This document shows positions 19,014 to 28,489 of a stretch of DNA of 31,627 nt, one piece after another. Made by a program: the position numbers and the translations under genes. Source of the DNA: Myxococcales bacterium (lineage in GTDB: Bacteria; Myxococcota; Myxococcia; Myxococcales; Anaeromyxobacteraceae); the NCBI GenBank assembly GCA_038320275.1, contig JBBQEB010000023.1:1-31627 (forward strand). Direction: 5' to 3'. Numbering within the stretch: position 1 is the first letter of the stretch; each line of letters starts with the position of its first letter. The notes beneath the pieces were generated by a model. It was given only the letters and a program-made list of their open reading frames with translations, made no database searches and was not told the origin of the DNA.

Positions 19014-19192
19014 GGTCGGTCGGGGTCGGGTCGAGGTTCGAGGTTCGGGGTCGGGGTCGGGGTCGGGTTTCGAGGTCGGGGTCGGGTTTCGGGGTCGGGG
19101 TCGGGTTTCGAGGTCGGGGCGTCGTGGTCGGGGTCGAGGCGTCGGGGTCGAGGGTCGGTGCCGGCGCGTGAACGGGGTCGGGGGGGGCGGGG
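19014..19192 (+). repeat. Degenerate G-rich tandem repeat (GGGGTC / GAGGTC units)
   Basis: Many GGGGTC-like units; three tandem 19-mers GGGGTCGGGTTTCGRGGTC at 19059, 19078 and 19097; G8 run at 19180-19187. Confidence 0.9.
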
Positions 19193-19195
19193 CCA

Positions 19196-19498
19196 ATGTA
19201 CGAGACGAGAAAGCAGGACGACGTGACGATCATCCGTGGAGCGGGCGAGCTGGGGCGCGACGAGCTGGCGGGGATCGCCGCCGTGGCGCGAAGCGCACGC
19301 GCTCACGGCCTGCGGGTGGTCATCGACCTGAAGCGCGTCACCCACGTGAACTACGCGGGCGCAGCCCTCCTCAAGTCCATCCCGGGCCTTCGCGCCGCCG
19401 GGGCCTCCCGCTACGTGCGCGACCTCGTGCACGCAGCCGGCATCGGCGGACACGTCGAGCTGTACCCGGACGTCGAGGCGGCGCTTCACGCTGCGTGA
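19196..19498 (+). CDS. STAS-domain-like (anti-sigma antagonist-like) small protein
   Basis: [26 protein letters not shown] and LYPDVEAAL match the STAS pattern; stop overlaps the rsmH GTG. Confidence 0.72.
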   Translation: MYETRKQDDVTIIRGAGELGRDELAGIAAVARSARAHGLRVVIDLKRVTHVNYAGAALLKSIPGLRAAGASRYVRDLVHAAGIGGHVELYPDVEAALHAA

Positions 19499-20430
19499 GT
19501 GAGGAGGACTTCCACCATGAGCCCGTCCTCGCGACCGAGATCGTCCGCCTGCTGCGGCCCGCGCCGGGGCTCCTGTTCCTCGACGGGACGCTGGGCGGCG
19601 GCGGGCACGCCGGGCTCCTGCTCGCGGCGGGTGCGGACGTGATCGGGCTCGACAAGGATCCCCGGGCGCTGGCCGCCGCGAAGGCGCGCCTCGCCCGCTA
19701 CGGCGAGGCATTCCGGGCAGTGAAGTCCGACTTCCGCGACGCCGGGAACGTGCTCCGCGCATTGAAGATCACCGGCGTGGACGGCGCGCTGGTGGACCTG
19801 GGCGTGTCCTCTCCCCAGCTCGACGATCCCTCGCGAGGATTCTCCTTCCGCCAGGGCGGGCCCCTCGACATGCGCATGGGCGAGGACGGAGAGACGCTGG
19901 CTGAGCTCCTGGCCCGCCTGGACGAGGGCGAGCTCGCTCGCATCCTTCACGACTACGGCGAGGAGCCGTTCGCACGGCCGGTGGCACGCGCGGTGAAGCG
20001 GCTGGTGGGCGAGGGCGGGCCGCTCGACACCGCCCGCCTGGCGGAGGTGGTGGCGAAGGCCATCCCGCGCCGTGCCTGGCCAAAGCGCATCCACCCTGCC
20101 ACCCGCACCTTCCAGGCCCTGCGCATCGCCGTCAACGACGAGCTGGGCGCGCTCGCCGCGTGGCTCGACGCGCTGCCCGCGGTGGTGAAGGTGGGCGGGC
20201 GTGCGGCGGCGGTCTCCTTCCACTCGCTCGAGGACCGGCTGGTGAAGAACCGTTTCCGCGAGCTCACGCACCCCTGCACCTGCCCGCCGGAGCTCCCGGT
20301 GTGCGCCTGCGGGGCCCAGGCATCCTTCGCACCCGTGACGACCAAGGCCGTCAAGGCCGGCGAGGCCGAGGTGGGCGCGAACCCGAGGGCGCGCAGCGCG
20401 CGCCTGCGCGCCGTGGAGCGCATCCGATGA
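19495..20430 (+). CDS. rsmH: 16S rRNA (cytosine1402-N4)-methyltransferase
   Basis: [66 protein letters not shown]. Confidence 0.96.
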   Translation: MSEEDFHHEPVLATEIVRLLRPAPGLLFLDGTLGGGGHAGLLLAAGADVIGLDKDPRALAAAKARLARYGEAFRAVKSDFRDAGNVLRALKITGVDGALVDLGVSSPQLDDPSRGFSFRQGGPLDMRMGEDGETLAELLARLDEGELARILHDYGEEPFARPVARAVKRLVGEGGPLDTARLAEVVAKAIPRRAWPKRIHPATRTFQALRIAVNDELGALAAWLDALPAVVKVGGRAAAVSFHSLEDRLVKNRFRELTHPCTCPPELPVCACGAQASFAPVTTKAVKAGEAEVGANPRARSARLRAVERIR

Positions 20431-20873
20431 CACGGAAAGCTTCGGGGCGGGGTCCGCTGATGGTGGTCGGGCGCGTCGCGCTCGCGGTGGCGCTGCTCTC
20501 CGCGGCGGCCCTCTTTCACGTTTGGTCGCATACGCGGGTCACCATCGCCGGCTACCGGCTGGGCGAACTGCAGCGGGCGCAGGCTGTGCTCGTCTCGGAA
20601 CGGAACCGGCTGGAGGTCGAGGTCGCGACATTGCGCGCGCCGGGGAGGCTGGAAGCCTTCGCCCGGACGCGGTTGGGTATGGCTCCGCCGGCCCCGGGCG
20701 CGGTGGTGGCGGGTCGGGTGGGCGGGTCGTTGGCGGGTGTGGCGGGCAGGGTGGGCGTCGAGGAAAGCCACCGTCCCGGACCGGCGGAGCCAGTCGTACG
20801 CGGTGCAGCAGGCAGGAGGCGCGGGGAGCAGGTGGCCCTGCGCGACACGTCGTCGCGCACCTCGCGCCAGTAG
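20427..20873 (+). CDS. ftsL: Cell division protein FtsL
   Basis: Short basic N-terminus, one TM helix, coiled coil ending [24 protein letters not shown]; position between rsmH and ftsI; ATGA overlap. Confidence 0.85.
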   Translation: MTRKASGRGPLMVVGRVALAVALLSAAALFHVWSHTRVTIAGYRLGELQRAQAVLVSERNRLEVEVATLRAPGRLEAFARTRLGMAPPAPGAVVAGRVGGSLAGVAGRVGVEESHRPGPAEPVVRGAAGRRRGEQVALRDTSSRTSRQ

Positions 20874-20881
20874 GAGGCGAC

Positions 20882-22915
20882 GTGGACCGTCGGCTGCGCT
20901 CCGGGGGCGACCCCAAGCGGACGAAGTGGATCGCGGTCCGCATGGCGGTCGTCGCGGCTCTCCTCGCGGTCGGCTTCGTCGCCGTGGGCGCGCAGGCGGT
21001 GAAGCTGCAGGTGGTCCAGCGCGACCAGCTCCGGCGGCACGGCAAGAGTCAATGGGACGTGGTGGTGGAGCTGCGGCCGCGGCGCGGGCCCATCGTCGAC
21101 CGCAACGGCCAGACCCTGGCGGCCTCGGCCGAGGCCTTCTCCATCGCGGCCGAGCCGAACGCGCTCGCGGAGCTGGCCCGCGCGGACGTGCAGCGGCTGG
21201 CGCGGACGCTCTCGCTGGACGCGGCGGTGCTCGTCAGGAAGGCGCAGCGCGGCGGAAAGTTCACCTGGCTGAAGCGCCGCGTCTCGCAGGGAGAGGCGAA
21301 GGCGGTCCGCGCGCTGGGCATCGAAGGCGTGGCCGTGCTGGAGGAGTCTCGCCGCTACTACCCCGACCGCGAGCTGGCCGCGCAGCTCGTCGGCCTGGTG
21401 GGCGACGACGGCGAGGGGCTGGAGGGCGTGGAGCGCGCGCTCGACGAAAATCTGCAAGGGGGCACCATCCGCGTGCCCTCGGTGCGCGACGCGCGCGGGC
21501 GCGCCGTGCTGGGCGCGGTCCCCGGCCCGGAGTCGGTGAGGGAGGGCGCGCGGGTGGAGCTCGCCATCGACGTGGGGCTCCAGCACGCGGCCGAGGCCGC
21601 GCTCGGGCGCGCCGTCACCCAGGCGCGCGCCCAGTCCGGCATGCTGGTGGCCATGGACCCTCGCACCGGCGAGGTGCTGGCCATCGCCAACGCCCCCACC
21701 TTCAATCCCAACAGCCCGCGCAAGGGCGCCCAGCTCCGCAACCGCGCCCTCCTCGACGTCTACGAGCCCGGCTCCACCTTCAAGATCTTCACCATCGCCG
21801 GCGCGCTCGACGCGCGGGCGCTCCACCCCCAGGACCTCATCGACTGCGAGAACGGCTCGTATCGCATCGGGGGCCACACCATCCACGATCACAAGGGGCT
21901 GGGCCTCGTGCCCCCGTCGCGCGTGGTGGTGACGAGCTCCAACATCGGCGCCGCCAAGATCGGCGCCCGGCTCGGCCGGGAGCGGCTGCAGCGGACGCTG
22001 TGGGGCTTCGGCTTCGGCGAGCGGAGCGGCACCGAGCTCGCGGGCGAGCCGCGCGGCCTCGTGCCCTTCCCCAAGGCCGACATCTCCCTCGCCACCATGA
22101 GCTTCGGCCAGGGCGTCGCCGCGACGCCTCTCCAGATCACCTCCGCGGTGGCGGCGCTCGCCAACGGCGGGATGCTCATGAAGCCCATCCTGGTGCGCCG
22201 GGTGGTGGACCCTTCGACGGGCGCGCCGATCCAGGAGTCTTTGCCCACGCCGGTCCGCCGGGCGGTGAGCCGCGAGTCGGCCGCCATCCTCACCCGCTGG
22301 CTGGAGGCGGTCGTCACCGAGAAGGACGGCACCGGCAAGAAGGCGCGGCTGGAGGGCTGGCGCGTGGCCGGCAAGACCGGGACCGCCCAGAAGGCCGATC
22401 CCGTCACGCACCGCTATGGCGGCGGCCGCTTCAGCTCCTTCGTCGGGTTCGCGCCCGCGGAGGCGCCGCGCATCGCCATCGGCGTCTTCATCGACGAGCC
22501 CAAGGGCGAGGTGTTCGGCGGCGAGCTGGCGGCGCCCGTGTTCAGGGAGGTGGCGGACCACGCGCTGAAGCTCCTCGGCGTGCCGCCCTCCTCCCCGGGA
22601 GGCGGCGTCGCTCCTGCGCCAGCCCTCGCGGCGGCTCCGGCGGCGGTGAGCGCCGCTCGGGCCGCCGCGCTCGACGAGCCTCCGCGGCCGGTCATCGAGG
22701 AGCCCTCGCCCCGGCTCACCAGCGACGGCAGCATGGTGGCCGTCCCCGCCCTGGCCGGTCTCCCGGCCCGCTCGGCGCTGCGCGCTCTGGAAGCGGTGGA
22801 GCTGGTGGGCGACCTCGAGGGCTCGGGCCGGGTGGCGGCGCAGTCGCCTGGGCCCGGCCGGGTGGTCGAGCGAGGGGCGCGTGTTCGGCTCCTGCTTGCC
22901 CCGCCGGCGTCGTAG
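20882..22915 (+). CDS. ftsI: Septal peptidoglycan D,D-transpeptidase (PBP3) with C-terminal PASTA-like domain
   Basis: RGPIVDRNG, EPGSTFK (SxxK), SSN, KTGT motifs; AGGAGG SD before GTG 20882. Confidence 0.93.
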   Translation: MDRRLRSGGDPKRTKWIAVRMAVVAALLAVGFVAVGAQAVKLQVVQRDQLRRHGKSQWDVVVELRPRRGPIVDRNGQTLAASAEAFSIAAEPNALAELARADVQRLARTLSLDAAVLVRKAQRGGKFTWLKRRVSQGEAKAVRALGIEGVAVLEESRRYYPDRELAAQLVGLVGDDGEGLEGVERALDENLQGGTIRVPSVRDARGRAVLGAVPGPESVREGARVELAIDVGLQHAAEAALGRAVTQARAQSGMLVAMDPRTGEVLAIANAPTFNPNSPRKGAQLRNRALLDVYEPGSTFKIFTIAGALDARALHPQDLIDCENGSYRIGGHTIHDHKGLGLVPPSRVVVTSSNIGAAKIGARLGRERLQRTLWGFGFGERSGTELAGEPRGLVPFPKADISLATMSFGQGVAATPLQITSAVAALANGGMLMKPILVRRVVDPSTGAPIQESLPTPVRRAVSRESAAILTRWLEAVVTEKDGTGKKARLEGWRVAGKTGTAQKADPVTHRYGGGRFSSFVGFAPAEAPRIAIGVFIDEPKGEVFGGELAAPVFREVADHALKLLGVPPSSPGGGVAPAPALAAAPAAVSAARAAALDEPPRPVIEEPSPRLTSDGSMVAVPALAGLPARSALRALEAVELVGDLEGSGRVAAQSPGPGRVVERGARVRLLLAPPAS

Positions 22916-22979
22916 TGTCGCGGCACTAGCTCGAACCTCATCTCGCGTACCGCTTCGAGTGGGCGGGACTCCATCGCGC

Positions 22980-24485
22980 ATGCGCCTCTCCCAGGTCCTC
23001 CTGAACGCCGGCGTCGAGGCGCCGCTCTCCGATCCGGAGATCGCCCTCGTCACCTGCGACTCGCGCGAGGTCGTCCCCGGGGCGCTGTTCTTCGCGCTTC
23101 GGGGCACCCGGAGTGACGGCCAGCTCTTCGCCGCCGAGGCGGCGCGGCGCGGAGCGGTGGCGGTGGTCGCGGAGGGCGAGGTGGAGGCGGGCCCGGCAGC
23201 CCTCCTGCGCACCCCCAACGCGCGCCGAGCGATGGCCGTCGCCGCCTCGAACTTCTTCGGGCGCCCTGGCGAGGCGATGCGGCTCGCGGGCGTCACCGGC
23301 ACCAACGGCAAGACCACCGTCACCTGGCTCGTGGAGGCCTGCGCGGCGGCGGCCGGTGTGCCCGTGGCCGTCCTCGGCACGGTCACCCACCGGTGGCCCG
23401 GCGGCTCGCGGCGGGCGAGCCACACCACCCCCGAGTCCACCGAGCTCGCCGCGATGCTCGCCACTGCCCGCGACGCGGGCGCGCGGCTGGCGGTGCTGGA
23501 GGTGTCCTCGCACGCGCTCGCCCAGGAGCGCATCGCGGGCCTCCGGTTCGAGGCTGCTGCGTTCACCAACCTCACCCGCGACCACCTCGACTACCACGGC
23601 GACATGGAGCGCTACTTCGCGGCGAAGCGCCGGCTCTTCACGGAGGCGCTTCGGCTCGGCGGCACGGCGGTGGTGAACGCGGACGACGCGGCCGGCGAGC
23701 GGCTCGCCAGCGACCTGGAGCGCTCCGGCCGGGCGCGGGTGTGGCGCTTCGGGCTCCGCGCCAGCCGCGAGCTCACCGCGGCCGAGGTGTCCCTCGGGCT
23801 CGCCGGCGTGAGCGCGCGCGTCGCGACCCCAGCCGGCGCGCTCGCGCTTCGTTCGCCGCTCGTCGGCACGCACAACCTCGAGAACCTACTCTGCGCGGCG
23901 GGGCTCGCGCTCGCCTGCGGGCTCCCGCGCGAGGCGGTGGAGCGCGGGCTCTCAGCCTGCCCGGGAGCGCCCGGCCGGCTGGAGCGCGTGGGCGGCTCCT
24001 TCGCGGCAGGGCCTTCGGCCTTCGTGGACTATGCCCACACCGATGATGCCCTGGCCCGGGCGCTGCTGGCGCTGCGCGCGCTCGGTCCGCGCCGGATCGT
24101 GCTGGTGTTCGGCTGCGGCGGGGATCGCGACCGCGGCAAGCGACCACTCATGGGCGAGGTGGCCGGGCGCGGCGCGGACCTCGCCATCGTCACGAGCGAC
24201 AACCCCCGCACCGAGGACCCCGAGGGGATCATCTCCGAGATCGTCCCGGGGCTCGAGCGGGCTGGCGCGCGCCGCATCGACCCGTCGGCGGCACGCGCCG
24301 GTGGGTCAGGCTACGTGGTGGTGGCGGACAGGCGGGAAGCCATCGCGCTCGCAGCCGAGGCGGCTCGGCCGGGCGACGCCCTCCTCGTCGCCGGCAAAGG
24401 GCACGAGGACTACCAGATCGTCGGGACGGAGCGCCGCCCCTTCGACGATCGCGAGGAGGCGCGCCGAGCGCTCGGCATCCCATGA
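22980..24485 (+). CDS. murE: UDP-N-acetylmuramoyl-dipeptide:meso-DAP ligase
   Basis: GTNGKTT, HTTP, EVSSHAL, DHLDYH, DYAHT, GCGGDRD, DNPR (meso-DAP type), GKGHE. Confidence 0.96.
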   Translation: MRLSQVLLNAGVEAPLSDPEIALVTCDSREVVPGALFFALRGTRSDGQLFAAEAARRGAVAVVAEGEVEAGPAALLRTPNARRAMAVAASNFFGRPGEAMRLAGVTGTNGKTTVTWLVEACAAAAGVPVAVLGTVTHRWPGGSRRASHTTPESTELAAMLATARDAGARLAVLEVSSHALAQERIAGLRFEAAAFTNLTRDHLDYHGDMERYFAAKRRLFTEALRLGGTAVVNADDAAGERLASDLERSGRARVWRFGLRASRELTAAEVSLGLAGVSARVATPAGALALRSPLVGTHNLENLLCAAGLALACGLPREAVERGLSACPGAPGRLERVGGSFAAGPSAFVDYAHTDDALARALLALRALGPRRIVLVFGCGGDRDRGKRPLMGEVAGRGADLAIVTSDNPRTEDPEGIISEIVPGLERAGARRIDPSAARAGGSGYVVVADRREAIALAAEAARPGDALLVAGKGHEDYQIVGTERRPFDDREEARRALGIP

Positions 24486-25930
24486 GCTCCCCATTTCCGC
24501 AATCCGCTCCGCGCTTCAGCCGCTTCGAGCTCGCCTCCGGGGCCGGGGGTCGCTGGCTCGGGGAACCGCCCGACGAGGTGACGGGCGTCTGCACCGACAC
24601 CCGCGCGCTCGCCCAGGGCTCCCTCTTCGTCGCGCTCGAAGGTGAGAAGTTCGACGGGCACGCCTTTCTCGAGGAGGCACGCTCTCGAGGGGCCGTGGCG
24701 GCAGTGGTGACCGAGCGCTGGGCGGCCGCGCACGCGGTGGGAGCGCGCGCTCTCGGCGGGGGAGCTCCTGCCCTTCCGCTCCTCGCCGTGCGCGACACCC
24801 TCACGGCGCTGGGCGCCCTCGCCCGGCTCCACCGCCGCCGGTTCGACATCCCGGTGGTGGGCGTCACCGGCTCGAACGGGAAGACCACCACCCGCGAAAT
24901 GATCGGCGCCATCCTGCGGGCTCGCGGGCCGGCGCTGAAGACCGAGGGGAACCTCAACAACGAGGTGGGCGTGCCGCTCACGCTGTTCGGGCTCACCGCC
25001 GGGCACGAGCGCGCGGTGGTCGAGCTCGGCATGAACCACCCCGGCGAGATCGCGAGGCTCACCGCCATCGCCGAGCCGCGGGTGGGGGTGGTCACCTTCG
25101 CGGGGCCGGCGCACCTCGAGACCCTCGGCACCGTCGATGCGGTCGCCGACGCCAAGGCGGAGCTGTACTTCGGCCTTCCGGGGGACGGGATCTGCGTCGC
25201 CAACGCCGACGATCCGCGCATGCTGCGCCGGGCCCAGGCCTCGGGACGCTCGATGATCACCTTCTCCACCCGGCGCGGGGTGGGCGGGGACGTGGTGGTG
25301 CTCGATCTCCTTCACCACGGCGCGGACGGGCTCCGCTTCACGCTGGGCATCGGCCACCGCGAGGTCGAGGTCGCGCTGCCGCTGGTCGGGCTGCACAACA
25401 TGGCGAACGCGGCCGCCGCCGCCGCCGCCGCAACCGCCCTCGGCTGCTCGGATCGGGAGATCGCCGGTGGGCTCGCCACGGTGCGGCCGGTGGGGCGGCG
25501 CCTGCGGGTGGACGAGCTCCCCGGCGGCGTGACGCTGGTGGACGACTGCTACAACGCGAACCCCGCCTCGGTGAAGGCGGCCCTCGCCACCCTGGCCGAC
25601 CTCGCCGCTGGCGGGCGGCGAGCCGTGGCCGTGCTGGGCGACATGCTGGAACTGGGGGAAGCGGAGGTTGCCTCACACGCGGAGGTGGGAGCGGCAGCCG
25701 CCGGTGTGGCGAAGCGGCTCGCCGCCTTCGGCCCGCGCTCGCGCGCCACCGCGGATGCGGCGCGGCAGGGGGGCCTGCCGGATGAAGCGGTGCTCCACAC
25801 CGAGAGCCTGCCCACGCTGGTGGCGGCGGTGAAGGACTGGCTCCTTCCCGGGGACGTGCTACTCGTCAAGGGCAGCCGCGGCATGCAGCTCGAGCGCCTC
25901 GTGGAGGCGTTGCGTCCCGGGCCAGGCTGA
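24482..25930 (+). CDS. murF: UDP-MurNAc-tripeptide:D-Ala-D-Ala ligase
   Basis: GSNGKTTT, NLNNEVGVP, ELGMNHPGEI, DCYNANP, GDMLELG, LVKGSRG. Confidence 0.96.
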   Translation: MSSPFPQSAPRFSRFELASGAGGRWLGEPPDEVTGVCTDTRALAQGSLFVALEGEKFDGHAFLEEARSRGAVAAVVTERWAAAHAVGARALGGGAPALPLLAVRDTLTALGALARLHRRRFDIPVVGVTGSNGKTTTREMIGAILRARGPALKTEGNLNNEVGVPLTLFGLTAGHERAVVELGMNHPGEIARLTAIAEPRVGVVTFAGPAHLETLGTVDAVADAKAELYFGLPGDGICVANADDPRMLRRAQASGRSMITFSTRRGVGGDVVVLDLLHHGADGLRFTLGIGHREVEVALPLVGLHNMANAAAAAAAATALGCSDREIAGGLATVRPVGRRLRVDELPGGVTLVDDCYNANPASVKAALATLADLAAGGRRAVAVLGDMLELGEAEVASHAEVGAAAAGVAKRLAAFGPRSRATADAARQGGLPDEAVLHTESLPTLVAAVKDWLLPGDVLLVKGSRGMQLERLVEALRPGPG

Positions 25931-25942
25931 CGACCACCTTTC

Positions 25943-27085
25943 ATGCTCTATCACCTGCTCTTTCCGCTGGCCGGACGCTTCGGCGTCCTGAACGTCCTGC
26001 GGTACCCGTCCTTTCGCACGATCGCCGCCGGCTTCACCGCGCTCCTGCTCGGGCTCCTCCTCGGCCCGCTCTTCATCGAGCGCATGCGCGTCATCCAGTA
26101 CGGCAGCACCAACGTCCGCGAGGACACGCCCGAGACCCACAAGCGGAAGACCGGCACGCCGTCCATGGGCGGGGCGCTGGTGCTCTTCTCCCTCGCGACG
26201 GCCACCCTCCTCTTCGCGAACCTCACCAACCGCTACGTCTGGACCGCGCTGGTGGTGACGCTCGCGTTCGGCGCCATCGGCTTCTGGGACGACTACCTCA
26301 AGATCTCGCGGCGGAACTCGAAGGGGCTCGCCGGGGGGAGGAAGCTCGTCTACCAGACCCTCGTCATCCTGTGCGTGTACTACCTCTTCCTCACCGACCT
26401 GCAGTTCACGACCTGGAGCTCCTTTCCCTGGCTGCGGGTGGGGAGCTACCAGGACCTGCACCTCTCCTTGCCCTTCGTCCCGGCGCGCCACTTCAATCCG
26501 TCCCTGGGCTGGCTCTACCTCCCCTTCTTCGTGCTCGTCATCCTCGGCACGAGCCACGCCGTGAACCTGACCGACGGCCTCGACGGGCTCGCGGTCGGTC
26601 CCAGCATCGTCTCGGCGTCCACCTTCCTCATCCTGGCGTACGTTGCCGGCACCACCATCGGCGGGTTCTCCATCGCCGCCTACCTGGGCATCCCGGTCAT
26701 CCCCGGCGCGGCCGAGCTGGCGGTGTTCTGCGCCGCGCTGGTGGGCGCCGGCATCGCCTTCCTCTGGTACAACACCTACCCTGCGTCTGTGTTCATGGGG
26801 GACGTGGGCTCGCTCGCGCTCGGCGGCGCGCTCGGAACGCTGGCGGTCCTGACCAAGAACGAGGTGGCGAGCGTCATCCTGCACGGCGTCTTCGTCACCG
26901 AGACCCTGAGCGTCATCGTGCAGGTGGCGAGCTTTCGCACCACCGGCAAGCGGGTCTTCAGGATGGCGCCGATCCACCATCACTTCGAGCTGAAGGGGTG
27001 GGCCGAACCGAAGATCATCGTCCGCTTCTGGATCATCTCCATCATGCTGGCCCTGGTGGCGCTCGCGTCGCTCAAGCTGCGGTAA
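25943..27085 (+). CDS. mraY: Phospho-N-acetylmuramoyl-pentapeptide transferase
   Basis: KTGTPSMGG, WDD, NLTDGLDGL, FMGDVG, MAPIHHHFE. Confidence 0.97.
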   Translation: MLYHLLFPLAGRFGVLNVLRYPSFRTIAAGFTALLLGLLLGPLFIERMRVIQYGSTNVREDTPETHKRKTGTPSMGGALVLFSLATATLLFANLTNRYVWTALVVTLAFGAIGFWDDYLKISRRNSKGLAGGRKLVYQTLVILCVYYLFLTDLQFTTWSSFPWLRVGSYQDLHLSLPFVPARHFNPSLGWLYLPFFVLVILGTSHAVNLTDGLDGLAVGPSIVSASTFLILAYVAGTTIGGFSIAAYLGIPVIPGAAELAVFCAALVGAGIAFLWYNTYPASVFMGDVGSLALGGALGTLAVLTKNEVASVILHGVFVTETLSVIVQVASFRTTGKRVFRMAPIHHHFELKGWAEPKIIVRFWIISIMLALVALASLKLR

Positions 27086-27094
27086 AAGCAACGC

Positions 27095-28489
27095 ATGGTT
27101 CTCGACCTCCATCGGCTGGCTGGAGCGCGCGTCCTCGTGGTGGGGCTCGCGCGGAGTGGCGTCGCTGCCGCGCGCCTCCTCCGCCGCCTGGGCGCAACCG
27201 TCACGGTCACCGACAGGCGCACCGAGGCGGAGCTAGGCCCGGAGCTCGCCGCGGTCGGGCCGGGGGTGGAGCGCGCGCTGGGCGGGCACGCCGGGGCTCC
27301 CTTCGGCGCGTCCGACCTGGTGGTCGTCTCGCCGGGCGTGCCCCTCGCGCTCCCCGAGCTCCGTGCCGCCGGGGCGCGCGGCGTGCCGGTGATCGGCGAG
27401 GTGGAGCTGGCTGCGCAGCTCCTGCCCCCGGGGCTCCCCATCGTCGGCATCACCGGCACCAACGGGAAGAGCACCACCACCGCGCTCGCCGGCGCGCTGG
27501 TGGCCCGCGACCGGCCCACCTTCGTGGGTGGGAACCTCGGGACCCCGCTCTCCGAGCTCCTGCTCGACGGCGCCGCGGCGGCCCACGTGCGCGCCGCGGT
27601 GGTGGAGCTCTCCTCGTTCCAGCTCGAAGGCGTGCGGCGGCTCCGCCCCCGCGTCGCGGCGCTCCTCAACGTGACGCCCGACCACCTCGACCGCTACCCC
27701 GACGTCACGGCGTACGCGCTCGCGAAGGCGCGCATCTTCGAGAAGCAGGGGCCGGGCGACTTCGCGGTGGCCAACGCGCGCGACCCGATCACCATGGCGC
27801 TCGCCGGCTCGTCCCGCGCCGCGGTCCACACCTTCGGCTTCGGCCCGCCGCTGCCGCGCACGGCGCGCGTCCCGGAGAGCGGCGGCGAGGCCTTCTTCGC
27901 CACGGGGTACGGCGCGCCCGAGCGCTACACCGTCCGCTCGCGCGCGCTGCGGGGGCGGCACAACCTCGAGAACGCGATGGCGGCGGCGCTCTGCGCGCGG
28001 TTGCTGGGCGTCCCCGGCGCGGAGGTGCAGGCGGGGCTCGACGCCTTCGCCGGGCTACCGCACAGGCTCGAGCTCGTCGCCGAGCGCGGCGGGGTGGAGT
28101 GGGTGAACGACTCCAAGGCGACCAACGTCGACTCGACGCAGGTGGGGCTAGCCGCCTTCCCGGCGGTTCGCCCGCACGTCGTCCTCATCCTCGGCGGGCG
28201 CGGCAAGGGCGCCCCGTACGCCCCGCTCCTGCCGCTTCTCGACAACCGGGTGAAGGCGCTCCTCACCATCGGCGAAGACGCGCCGGCGGTGGAGCGCGAG
28301 CTCGGGGCGGCAGTGCAGACCGAGAGCTGCGGGACCCTGGCCGCGGCGGTGCGTCAGGCCGAAGTACTGGCCGGGCACGGGGACATCGTCCTCCTCTCCC
28401 CGGCCTGCGCGAGCTACGATCAGTTCCGCAACTACGAGGAACGGGGCGAGACCTTCCGCCGACTCGTGAGGGAGCTCGCTCGAGAATGA
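27095..28489 (+). CDS. murD: UDP-MurNAc-L-Ala:D-Glu ligase
   Basis: GLARSG, GTNGKSTTT, ELSSFQL, DHLDRY, NDSKATN, LSPACASYDQF. Confidence 0.97.
   Translation: MVLDLHRLAGARVLVVGLARSGVAAARLLRRLGATVTVTDRRTEAELGPELAAVGPGVERALGGHAGAPFGASDLVVVSPGVPLALPELRAAGARGVPVIGEVELAAQLLPPGLPIVGITGTNGKSTTTALAGALVARDRPTFVGGNLGTPLSELLLDGAAAAHVRAAVVELSSFQLEGVRRLRPRVAALLNVTPDHLDRYPDVTAYALAKARIFEKQGPGDFAVANARDPITMALAGSSRAAVHTFGFGPPLPRTARVPESGGEAFFATGYGAPERYTVRSRALRGRHNLENAMAAALCARLLGVPGAEVQAGLDAFAGLPHRLELVAERGGVEWVNDSKATNVDSTQVGLAAFPAVRPHVVLILGGRGKGAPYAPLLPLLDNRVKALLTIGEDAPAVERELGAAVQTESCGTLAAAVRQAEVLAGHGDIVLLSPACASYDQFRNYEERGETFRRLVRELARE

Noticed and set aside
19014..19192. Possible CRISPR array
   Set aside because: Contiguous low-complexity units with no unique spacers, and no cas genes.
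18670..19494. Apparent N-terminal extension of RsmH running through the repeat (GSGSG/RGRG peptide)
   Set aside because: It overlaps mraZ and the STAS gene out of frame; RsmH similarity begins at GTG 19495.
20552..23575. 1007-aa antisense ORF and many other long shadow ORFs (e.g. 123-1661, 4896-6950, 7189-9036, 10892-12619)
   Set aside because: They overlap clearly recognisable genes, are Arg/Pro/Gly-rich with no motifs, and are expected from stop-codon scarcity in high-GC DNA.
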